This document shows positions 41,418 to 50,287 of a DNA stretch of 64,000 nt, in pieces. A program made the position numbers and the translations under genes. The stretch is taken from the NCBI GenBank assembly GCA_963809195.1, contig CAWEIQ010000007.1, positions 19,209 to 83,208 of the forward strand, written 5' to 3'. Within the stretch, counting starts at the first letter, position 1. Each line of letters opens with the position of its first letter. Source of the DNA: an uncultured Actinomycetota bacterium. Its GTDB lineage: Bacteria > Actinomycetota > Actinomycetes > Streptosporangiales > Streptosporangiaceae. The notes under the pieces were generated by a model that worked only from the letters and a program-made list of their open reading frames with translations, ran no database searches and was not told the DNA's origin.

Positions 41418-41577
41418 GATCCCAGCCCTTAGACACGCTCTCCTCCTCCCATGCAACACGCCATGCTTCGGAAAACAATTAACTAGTTTGCCTAGACAAT
41501 CGCTATCCAAGATGTTAGCTTCCCAAGCGTACCTGCAAAGTGATGTGTGACAGCACCTCCCGAAGTCGGAGACCGAC

Positions 41578-42350
41578 ATGACATCTGATGCAAAGATCCT
41601 GGCATCTTCGGCGTCCGCTCGCGAGAACGCGGGCGCAGAGGGGTCGTCCTCCCGGCAAGCACGGCGGAGGATCTCCCCCCAGGCAAGCACCGATCCGCGG
41701 CGCTGGCTCACCCTGCTGATCTTGCTGCTGGCCGCGTTCATGAACCTGCTCGATGTCTCGATCGTCAACATCGCGATCCCGTCGATTCAGCGGAACCTCG
41801 GCGCCAGCCACGCCGACGTCCAGTGGGCGCTTGCCGGGTTCACGCTCGCTTACCGCGCTGGTCCTGATCGACACGGCGGCCGGCTCGGCGACACGTACGG
41901 GCGCAAGCGGCTGTTCCTGATCGGCGTCGCCGGCTTCACAGTGATGTCCGCGCTGTGCGGAGCCGCACGAAAGCCCAGGTCAGCTGATCGCCTTCCGCGT
42001 GGTGCAAGGCAGCCACGTGGGCGGGGCACCATGATCCCGCAGGTGCTCGCGGTCATCCAGGTGCGTTCCGCACCTGCCTGCACGACCGCCTGGTCGCCAC
42101 CGACCCGACGGCCACGCCTGCATCGTGCCGGCCGCGTGCCTGGGGTCGCGCTACCGGGCGTCAGGCGGCGTCCACCGCGCTGCCGGCGGCGGCCAAGCAC
42201 GCGATCGCAGGAATCGGAAAGAAGGCCACGGGATTGATTTCGCGGCTGCGCTGGAGCGGACGCTGTTCTTTCAGGTCGGCGTCTTCGTGTTCAGCTTCCT
42301 GCTGATGCTCGCGCTGCCGAGGATGAGGCGCGCCGAGCCGGCCACTACTG
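41578..42350 (+). pseudogene. DHA2/EmrB-type MFS transporter remnant (internal deletion plus frameshifts)
   Basis: TM1-TM4 are recognisable (LLILLLAAFMNLLDVSIVNIAIPSIQ, GGRLGDTYGRKRLFLIGVAGF), as is a last-TM fragment (LFFQVGVFVFSFLLMLALP in ORF 42125..). Only about 770 nt lie between the start and the convergent CDF gene, against an expected ~1.5 kb. Confidence 0.7.
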
Positions 42351-43329
42351 ATGCATGGGACGCTCATGATCAGCGTGACCGGCCAGCTCGAGCTGGAACG
42401 TCGAGTGGCCGACGTCGAAGTGCCCGCGCAGGCAGTCCTGGAGCGCGTCGAGCATGACCGCGCTGCGGCCGTCGGCGAGCACGTCGGGGTCCACCACGAC
42501 GTGCACCGACAGGACCGGCAGCCCCGAGGTGATCGTCCACGCGTGCAGATCGTGCACGTCGCGGACACCGGTCAGGCCGATCAGGTGCGCTCTGACCTCG
42601 CTCAGGTCGATGCCGCGCGGGCTCGCCTCGAGCAGTACGTTGATCGCGTCGGCGAGCAGCCGCCAGGTGCGCGGCAGGATCAGCGCCCCGACCAGCAGTG
42701 AGGCGATCGGGTCGACACGGTGGAGCCCGGTGGTCGCGATCACGATGCCCGTCACGATGACGGCGACGCGCGCCCAGGGCGTCGGACGCGACTTCGAGGA
42801 ACGCGCCCCTGATGTTGAGGCTCTCGGCCTGGCCGCGGCGCAGCACGAGCAGGCTCACGCCGTTGGCCGCCAGCGCGATCACGCCGAAGATCACCAGCAA
42901 TGGCGACTCGATCGACGGAGGCGCGAGCAGCCTCCTGATGGCCTCGACAATGATGAAAGCCGACAGCGCGAACAGGACCACGGCGTTCACCATCGCCGCA
43001 AGGATCTCTGCCCTGGCGTAACCGAACGTCCGCCGCAGGGTGGCCGGCCTCGTCGCGAAGAGCACGGCCAGCAGGGAGAGGCCGACGCCGCCGGCGTCGG
43101 CCGCCATGTGCGCGGCGTCTGCGAGCAGGACCAGCGCGCCGCTGACCCACGCGCCCACGGCCTCGGCAATGGCGACGCTGATCGTAATCAGCATGACGAT
43201 CAGCAGCGACTTGCTGTGCTCGCCGGTCAGCGTCAGCCGGGAGCCATGTGCATGCGCGTGCACGCCTGCCGTCCCGTGTGAGATGGCTGGCTGCCTGGCG
43301 CGTTCTTCCCGCCCCCTGCTCGCCATCAA
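42345..43329 (-). pseudogene. Cation diffusion facilitator (CzcD-like) transporter, one frameshift
   Basis: TM1-4 with LLADAAHMAADAGG are in ORF 42370..43329. TM5-6 and the cytoplasmic domain (VRDVHDLHAWTITSG) are in ORF 42345..42755. The junction is near 42775. Confidence 0.8.
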
Positions 43330-43422
43330 CAGGCGCGGATTGGGTTGAAGGCGCCGTGTGCTCGGGTCGCCGGCCCTGGCCTAGCTGGTCACAGCTGGGT
43401 TCTCGGTCGTGGCCTGGACCGC

Positions 43423-43806
43423 TCATGACAGTGGCGAGTCGTCCTCTCCTGGGGCGAGCAGTTCGTAGGCGGGGTTGATCATGACGGCAACGTTCCCGCG
43501 CATGCCGACCTGCCCAGTGAACCTGACCTTCGCGCCAGGGTCGAGCCCGGGGATGTGTGACCGCCCGTAGAACAGGGCGGTCAGCTGGCCTGTCGCGTCA
43601 ACGATCTCGCAGGCCAGGACGGTGTTGCGCTCGACCGGCCTGATTTCGACGGCATGCACGCGGCCTTCGACCCTGGCCCTGCCGCGCCTTGGCACCTGCG
43701 CTATCGGCGTCGCTGACTTGGACGGGACCGGCCGGTTGTACCGCGATATGTCCGTGGCCTCCTCGGGCGGAGGAGCGGGCGGCTCAGGCGGCGTCGGCGC
43801 GCCCAA
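43423..43806 (-). CDS. OB-fold nucleic-acid-binding domain protein
   Basis: VEGRVHAVEIRPVERNTVLACEIVDATGQLTALFYGR. It is a small conserved actinobacterial gene. Intact. Confidence 0.65.
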   Translation of the reverse strand: MGAPTPPEPPAPPPEEATDISRYNRPVPSKSATPIAQVPRRGRARVEGRVHAVEIRPVERNTVLACEIVDATGQLTALFYGRSHIPGLDPGAKVRFTGQVGMRGNVAVMINPAYELLAPGEDDSPLS

Positions 43807-43956
43807 GGCGGGCTCGCGATCGCTCGAATCCCGGCGTGCATCCGGACCTTCAGCGTCGGCGGTCAGGTCGACTCCGGATTGCGCACGATCGGCCCCGCCG
43901 GCATCGGCAGGCTCTGGCGCTCCCTCGGCCGGCTCGGCCTGCTGGGCCCTTCGGGC

Positions 43957-46183
43957 TCATCGCGCCGTGTACCTGCGGCCTCTCTCGGCTGCGCCCCTGC
44001 CGGCTGGCCCTGGCCCAGTCGGCGCTGTCCCGGCCCGCGCGGGCTCCGTCGGCTCGTGTCCGGCCTCGGCTCGGCCAGCCTCGGCTCGCTCGTCGGCTTC
44101 GCGTTCGGCTGCGGCCGCCTTGGCGCGCTCGCGGGCCGCCACGCTCTCGACCCTGCGCCGGACGTCGAACGGCACGATCGTCGCGGCCGCGTGCGGGATC
44201 TGGCTCACGACGCTGGCGATCCGGTCCGCGGTGCGGTCGTGCAACAGCCGTCCGAGCAGCGGGGCGTAGCTGCGCCTGGGCAGGACGGCCGTCACGCCGA
44301 CCCCCGGCAACTGCGCCTCAGCCTGGACCATCTCGGCGGCGGCCTTGGCGAGCCGCCGGTCGGGGCAGTCGATCAGATCGAGCACCACGCCGGTGTCGGC
44401 GCGTACCCAGTCCTCGCGCAGCCGGGCGGCCTGAGCGCTGTCGATGACGAAATGCACGGCGCGCAGGCTGGTCGGCCGGAGGCTCCGCGCGTACCTGAGC
44501 GCGGCCAGCGTCGCCAGGTCGAACTCGTCGACGAAGACGTAGACGGTCCTGCGCGAGTAGGACGGCGGCGAGGTGGGCCTGCTCGGCTTGCGGTCACCTG
44601 TGCTGATGTGCTCGAGCACCTCGGCTTCCATCTGGTACTGCCGGTTCAGCCTGATCAGCAGCGGCACGCCGATGGCGAAGACGATCAGGACCAGCCACGC
44701 GCCCTCGGTGAACTTCACGACCGCGAAGATCAGGACGACGATCAGCGACGTCAGCCCGGCCGCGAAGTTGATTGCGCGCTTGTGCCGCCAGCCGCGTTCC
44801 TTGTGCACGTGGTGGTACTTGGACATGCCGAACCCGGCGAGCGTGAACGCGGTGAACACGCCGAGCGCGTAGAACGGCACCAGCCGGTTGACGTTTGATC
44901 CCGCGACGGCGAGCAGGATGCAGCGACAGCACCGCGAGCACGATGATGCCGTTGGAGAACACGAGCCGGTGCCCGCGTTTGGTCAGCCAGCGCGGCAAGA
45001 ACGCGTCTTCGGCCACGAAGCTCGCGAGGAACGGGAAGCCGTTGAAGCTGGTATTGCCGCCCGTGTACAGGATCAGGGCGGTCGCCGCCTGCACGACGAT
45101 GAACATCACGTGCCCGAACGTCGACGTGCCGAAGACGAGCTTGGCCTCCTGCGATATCACCGTCGGCACGCCGGAGACATATGGCGTGGCGTGCGTGACG
45201 TGAGCCAGCCACGAGACCCCCGCCACCAGGGTGCCCAGGATCACGCCCTCGGTGACCAGCACGCGCCGCGCGTTGATGCCCTCGGGCGGCCGGAACGCGC
45301 TGACAGCGTTGGACACCGCTTCGATGCCTGTCAGCGACGAGCCGCCGTTCGCGAACGCTCGCAAGAGAATGAAGACCAGCCCGAAGGTGATGAGCGAGTT
45401 GTGGTTGGGCGTTACACCGGCGCCGTAGACGTGGGCACCGGGCGCCACGTGCCACCTGGGCAGGTTGCCGAATATCTCGCGGACCAGGCCGACCACGATC
45501 ACCAGCATCATTACGCCGGTGAACAGGTAGGTCGGGACCGCGAAGGTGCGGCCCGCCTCGCGGATCCCGCGCAGGTTGCCGTAGAGCATCAGCAGCACCA
45601 CGCAGATCGAGATGATCGTCAGCAGGTTGGGGTTACGAAGGGCCGGGATCGCGGACGCCACGGCCGCGGTGCCCGCCGCTACCTGCACGGCTACCGTGAC
45701 CACATAGTCGATCAGCAGGGCCACGGCCGCGACCTGAGCGACCCTGGGGCCGAAATTCTCGCGCGCCACCACGTAGGAGCCGCCCGCCCTGGTGTAGATC
45801 GTGACGACTTCGCGATAGGACAGCACGACCAGCACCATCACGAACAGCACGACGCCGGTGAGCGGCAGGATCAGCGCGAACGCGGCGATCCCCAGGCCGC
45901 CCTTGAGCAGCTCGATCAGGATTTCCTCGGTGCCGTAAGCAGATGATGAGATGCCGTCGGGCGCGAGCACGCCGAGCGCAAGGGGCTTCGACAGCCGCTC
46001 CTCGCGGAGCTGCTCGGTGACCAAGGGCGGCCCGAGGAGCCGCCGCTTGATGGCATAACCAAGGCTCTCGCCCAGGTCCTCCTGGCTGTCGGCTGCGCTC
46101 GCAGCCCTGACCGTTGCCACTCCTGTCGTTCCTCCGCTCACCCCGGGCTGCACACTGCCGGCAACTCCGAACGTGGCCTTCAT
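43957..46183 (-). pseudogene. APC-family permease with a C-terminal cytosolic domain, one frameshift
   Basis: The 12-TM core is in ORF 44594..46183 and the C-terminal part in ORF 43957..44880. The junction reads LAVLSL/ILLAVAGSNVNRLVPFY, with one extra base near 44925. Confidence 0.8.
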
Positions 46184-46402
46184 ACCATCTGGGCACCTCC
46201 GCTTCGTACGGAGATGGCAGAGTGAGGCAGCGGAGGTGCGCTGGCGCTGAGAGTCTTCCCAGCGCCTGTGTTGTTCCCAGGGAGCAGAGCGTGCTACCCG
46301 GAATGCCGTGACCAGATGCCACTTCGCACCTGCAACGGCGTTTCCTGGGTAGAAGAACGGCAGCGTCAGAGTCAGGCGCCAGTGCAGAAAGGCTGCGTGG
46401 AC

Positions 46403-47711
46403 ATGACCTCATCACCGGCGGCTGCGGCGCCGGAAGCGGGCAACGGGCGCGTACTGCACCTATCGGACCTGAATGGCCGGCCAATTACAGACAAGCGGGG
46501 AGAGTCGATCGGCAAGCTCGCCGATGTGATCGTGCGGCTGCGCGGCGCCGAGAACCCGCTGGTCACAGGGGTTGTCGCCGCAGTCGGCAGCCGGGAGGTC
46601 TTCGTTCCCCTTGAGCAAGTCAGTTCGTTCGACGGGGAGGTGCTCAAGCTGACGAGCGCGCGCCTGGACTTGCGCCAGTTCGAGCGCCGCCATGGCGAGG
46701 TACTGCTCCGCGCCGATGTGCTCGGGCACCGCCTCATCGACGTGCCGGCCGCGCACCTCGATCAAGGCGGTCGACCTCGAACTGCGGCAGCAGGGGTCCG
46801 AGTGGGTGCTGGCCGGCGTCGACACCCACCGCCGCCCGCGAGGGTTGCTGCGGCTGCTCGCTCCCGACGCGAGAGCGCGCCAGTTCGAGGAGTGGGTGAA
46901 CTACGAGCCGCTGATCGGGCATGCGAGCAGCGCGCTGCTGCGCGGCCCGTTCGGGCGCATCCGACGGCTCAAGCCCGCGCAGATCGCCGACCTGCTCGAG
47001 GAGGCGTCCAAGGCGGAGGAGACCGAGATCCTCGGTCAGGTACACGTCGACCCCGAACTCGAGGCCGATGTGTTCGAGGAGCTCGACGAGGACCTGGCTA
47101 CCCGCCTGCTGGGCGCCAGGACCGACGCGGAGATCGCCGAAGTGCTCAACCGGATGCGGGCAGACGACGCCGCAGACGCGATCTCCGAGCTGCCGCAACG
47201 CCGTCGGCAGCCGGTGATCGACCTGCTGCCACCTGGTCAGCGCGCGAAAGTGCTGACGCTCATGGGGTTCAACCCGACCAGCGCCGGCGGCCTGATGGGC
47301 ATGGACTTCGTCGCCGTTCCTGAGCACAGCCTGGTCGCCGGCGCTGTCGCCGCGGTGAGCGGCGCGAACAACCTGCAGCCTGAGGCTTTGACCAGCGTGC
47401 ACGCGCTCGATCCCGACGGCAGGCTGTGCGGCGTCGTCAAGCTGGTGACACTGCTCCAGGCCGATCAGGCGGGCAGGATCAGCGACATATTCGACGACGA
47501 TCCCGTGCGGATCGGGGCCGACACCGACGTGGTCGACGTCGCCGTTCTGATGAGCGACTACAACTTGATCACCATTCCGGTGGTCGACGAGGAACGGACG
47601 ATGATCGGCCTGATCACCGTCGACGACGTGCTCGAAGTCACGCTGCCCGAGGACTGGCGGCGTCGTGAGGCCGCCGAGCCGCCTGACTCCAGGCGAGGCA
47701 AGAGGCAATGA
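46403..47711 (+). pseudogene. Soluble PRC-barrel, MgtE_N and CBS-pair protein (MgtE cytosolic module without a pore domain), one frameshift
   Basis: The PRC-barrel-like N-terminus is in ORF 46268..47323. The MgtE_N (LKPAQIADLLEE...AEVLNRMRADDAADAISELP) and CBS pair are in ORF 46692..47711. One extra base lies near 46759. There are no TM helices. Confidence 0.8.
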
Positions 47712-47729
47712 CCGAGCCGGGCGGGCGGG

Positions 47730-49640
47730 ATGCTCCAGGGGAGCGCCCCGTCCCGCCAGAGCGTCCGGCTCCAGCCCAGCCAGAGCGTCCGGCCAGCCAG
47801 CCGTCCCAGCCAGCCGCAGCCGGACCAAGCCGCCCGGCCTGACTCGGCTCCACCGAGCGGGCCTGGGCGCGGCGCCGCTCGTTCCGCGAGCGCCGGCGGC
47901 GCTGGGCGCTCGCAGGGCGGGACGAATCAGCCGCAGGATGGGACGAATCAGCCGCAGGATGGGACGAGTCAGTCGCAGGGCCGGGCGTCGTCCGCGGCGG
48001 CGCTCGCGCCGCCGCGGCCTCACGCAAACGACTCGGACACGGGGGAGATCGAGGGGGCACTCGGCCGGATCAGGGCGGGCGACGAGCAGCATTCTGGCTG
48101 GCGCCGCCAGCTCGTGACGTTCCTGGCGATCGTCGGGCCTGGATTGATCGTCATGGTCGGCGACAACGATGCGGGCGGGGTCGCGACTTACGCGCAAGCT
48201 GGTCAGAACTACGGATACAGCCTGTTGTGGGTCCTGTTGCTCCTCATCCCTGTACTCATCGTCAACCAGGAGATGGTGGTCAGGCTCGGCGCCGTGACCG
48301 GGGTCGGCCACGCGAAGCTGATCTACGAGCGGTTCGGTAGGTTCTGGGGCCTGTTCAGCGTCGTCGACCTGTTCGTGCTGAACTTCCTGACCATCGTCAC
48401 GGAGTTCATCGGCATCTCGCTGGCCATGAGCTACTTCGGGGTCAGCCCTTACATCTCGGTGCCGATCGCCGCGGCCCTGTTGATAGGAATCACAGCGAGC
48501 GGGAGTTTCCGGCGCTGGGAACGCGCCATGTTCCTTTTCATCGCCGCCAGCATCGTCCTTTTTGTGCCGCTGGTGATCTTCTCCCATCCCCGCGTCGGGT
48601 CGGTTGCCTCTCACTTCTTCGTGCCAGGCGTGCATGGCGGGGTCAGCTCGAACGCGGTGCTGCTGATCATCGCGATCGTGGGGACGACCGTGGCGCCGTG
48701 GCAGCTGTTCTTCCAGCAGTCCAACGTGATCGATAAGAGGATCACGCCGCGGTTCATCAGGTATGAGCGAGCCGACACCGTCCTAGGCTCACTGGTCGTC
48801 GTCGTCAGCGCGGCCGTCATCCTCGTCGCGACCGTGTACGCGGTCATGGGGACGTCGCGCGCCGGGCACTTCACCGATGCCCTCGGGGTCGCTGACGCAT
48901 TCCGCAGCAAGAGCAGCTTCCTGGGCGCGGTCTTCGCCCTTGTGCTGCTCTTCGCGAGCATCATCGGGGCCGCGGCGGTCACCCTGTCGACCAGCTATGC
49001 GTTCGGTGATGTGTTCAACCTCAGACACTCGCTGCACCGCAAGTTCCGCGACGCGAAGGAGTTCTACGCGAGCTACACGGTGGTCGTCGTGCTTGCCGCG
49101 GGGATCGTGCTGGTCCCTGGCGCGCCGCTCGGCCTGCTCACCACCGCGGTCCAGGCGCTGGCAGGGGTTCTGCTGCCCAGCGCGAGCGTCTTCCTGCTGC
49201 TGCTCTGCAACGACCCTGAGGTTCTGGGCCCGTGGACGAACCCGCGCTGGCTCAATGCGATCGCCGCGATCATCATCGGGCTCTTGCTGACGCTCTCCGG
49301 CACGCTGGTGGTGACCACGCTGTTCCCCGGCCTGAGCGCGCCGGACGTCGTCGTCTGGATCGCGGCCACCCTCGCGGTCGGTTCCACGCTTGCCTACGGA
49401 TGGCTTCGGTTCACGGCGGCGCACCGAGTGACAACCGCAAGACGGGCGGTGGCATCGCGGTCGACTCTGGCTGACCTGACGCCCGCTGAGCGCGCGAACT
49501 GGCGGATGCCGCCGCTGGCGCTGCTCAAGCCCGTCATCTGGTCCCCTGTGATGAAACTCACGATCGCGGTGATGTGGGTCTATCTCGTGATCTCGGTCCT
49601 GCTTCTGATCGTCAAGGCCGTCCAGCTCGCCGCCGGTTAA
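47730..49640 (+). CDS. Nramp-related transporter with a Mg-type site (NRMT-like), copy 1; start uncertain
   Basis: Nramp fold with GDNDAGG in place of DPGN and GTTVAPW in place of the (A)xxMPH motif. It has a long low-complexity N-terminus. An alternative ATG at 47708 overlaps the upstream stop but is in another frame. Confidence 0.8.
   Translation: MLQGSAPSRQSVRLQPSQSVRPASRPSQPQPDQAARPDSAPPSGPGRGAARSASAGGAGRSQGGTNQPQDGTNQPQDGTSQSQGRASSAAALAPPRPHANDSDTGEIEGALGRIRAGDEQHSGWRRQLVTFLAIVGPGLIVMVGDNDAGGVATYAQAGQNYGYSLLWVLLLLIPVLIVNQEMVVRLGAVTGVGHAKLIYERFGRFWGLFSVVDLFVLNFLTIVTEFIGISLAMSYFGVSPYISVPIAAALLIGITASGSFRRWERAMFLFIAASIVLFVPLVIFSHPRVGSVASHFFVPGVHGGVSSNAVLLIIAIVGTTVAPWQLFFQQSNVIDKRITPRFIRYERADTVLGSLVVVVSAAVILVATVYAVMGTSRAGHFTDALGVADAFRSKSSFLGAVFALVLLFASIIGAAAVTLSTSYAFGDVFNLRHSLHRKFRDAKEFYASYTVVVVLAAGIVLVPGAPLGLLTTAVQALAGVLLPSASVFLLLLCNDPEVLGPWTNPRWLNAIAAIIIGLLLTLSGTLVVTTLFPGLSAPDVVVWIAATLAVGSTLAYGWLRFTAAHRVTTARRAVASRSTLADLTPAERANWRMPPLALLKPVIWSPVMKLTIAVMWVYLVISVLLLIVKAVQLAAG
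47919..47981 (+). repeat. 3 x 21-bp in-frame tandem repeat
   Basis: gggacgaatcagccgcaggat occurs twice, then gggacgagtcagtcgcagggc. They encode GTNQPQD GTNQPQD GTSQSQG in the N-terminal tail of the transporter. Confidence 0.85.
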
Positions 49641-49758
49641 ACGCGCTCAACCCAGGAATAGCCGCGGCGCTACAGCCGTTGGCCTTGGTGGATGTGACCT
49701 GCGCCGAATTGACAGTTCTGCGCGGGATCGGGCATCCTCGATCTTGATCGATGAAGGA

Positions 49759-49961
49759 CACCTCGTTCGGTGAGGCGTCTTCACGGACACAGGCCACTGA
49801 TCCCAACCGTCGAGAGACGCTCCGGATCAGGACACCTCTCCCCGGCCTAAGGGGTGAGGCCAAGTGGCTGCGCAGGCGGACGGTGTTCCGCGGGCCGCGA
49901 GGCTCGCAGATCACAGTGCCGCGCTACGCCGTGGAGTGCCAAAGCTCTAACGAGAGAGGTG
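49759..49961 (+). promoter_or_regulatory. M-box (ykoK-type) Mg2+ riboswitch aptamer
   Basis: The conserved cores are present in order: CGTTCGGTGAGGC (49764-49776), GCCACTGATCCC, GTCGAGAGACGCT (49809-49821), TAAGGGGTGAG, AGTGCCAAAGCTCTAACGAGAG (49935-49956). P1 closes it, CACCTC (49759-64) with GAGGTG (49956-61). Confidence 0.75.
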
Positions 49962-50287
49962 CCTGCCCCAGGGGTTGCCTGGGGTGCGCCGCCTCCCGAC
50001 GGGTGACAGTGTTGCCGCGCTGTCCGCGTGTTGCCATGGACGCGGCCAGACGGCACCAGGCTGGAGGGAGGCGAGTCGTGGAACACGATAGACCGGGCCG
50101 GACTCGGCCCCATTCGCCGCTCTCTTTGCCCGTTTCGGGCACGCGCCGGCGCCGTCCAGCCCCTTGCTTCCCGGTCGTTATCAGCCAGAACTGACCGCAG
50201 CGGCAAGAACCGCAATTCGCATCTGGCGGCAAGCCCCGCGTGCCCCCCGATCCCGCCTGCTCTTCGGCGGTGAAAGGGGTGTTCGCC

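Noticed and set aside
43622-44898. Several Ala/Arg/Pro-rich plus-strand ORFs (43622..44269, 43689..44447, 43879..44898)
   Set aside because: They are antisense to the C-terminal domain of the APC permease and to the OB-fold gene, and show no domain signatures.
46734-48635. 633-aa minus-strand ORF across the MgtE_N-CBS and Nramp-like genes. Similar long antisense ORFs occur at 49847..51175, 28090..29466, 15943..17016, 4233..5246 and 56797..58620.
   Set aside because: These have low-complexity Arg/Pro/Gly/His composition and no motifs. Each one overlaps a well-supported gene on the other strand.
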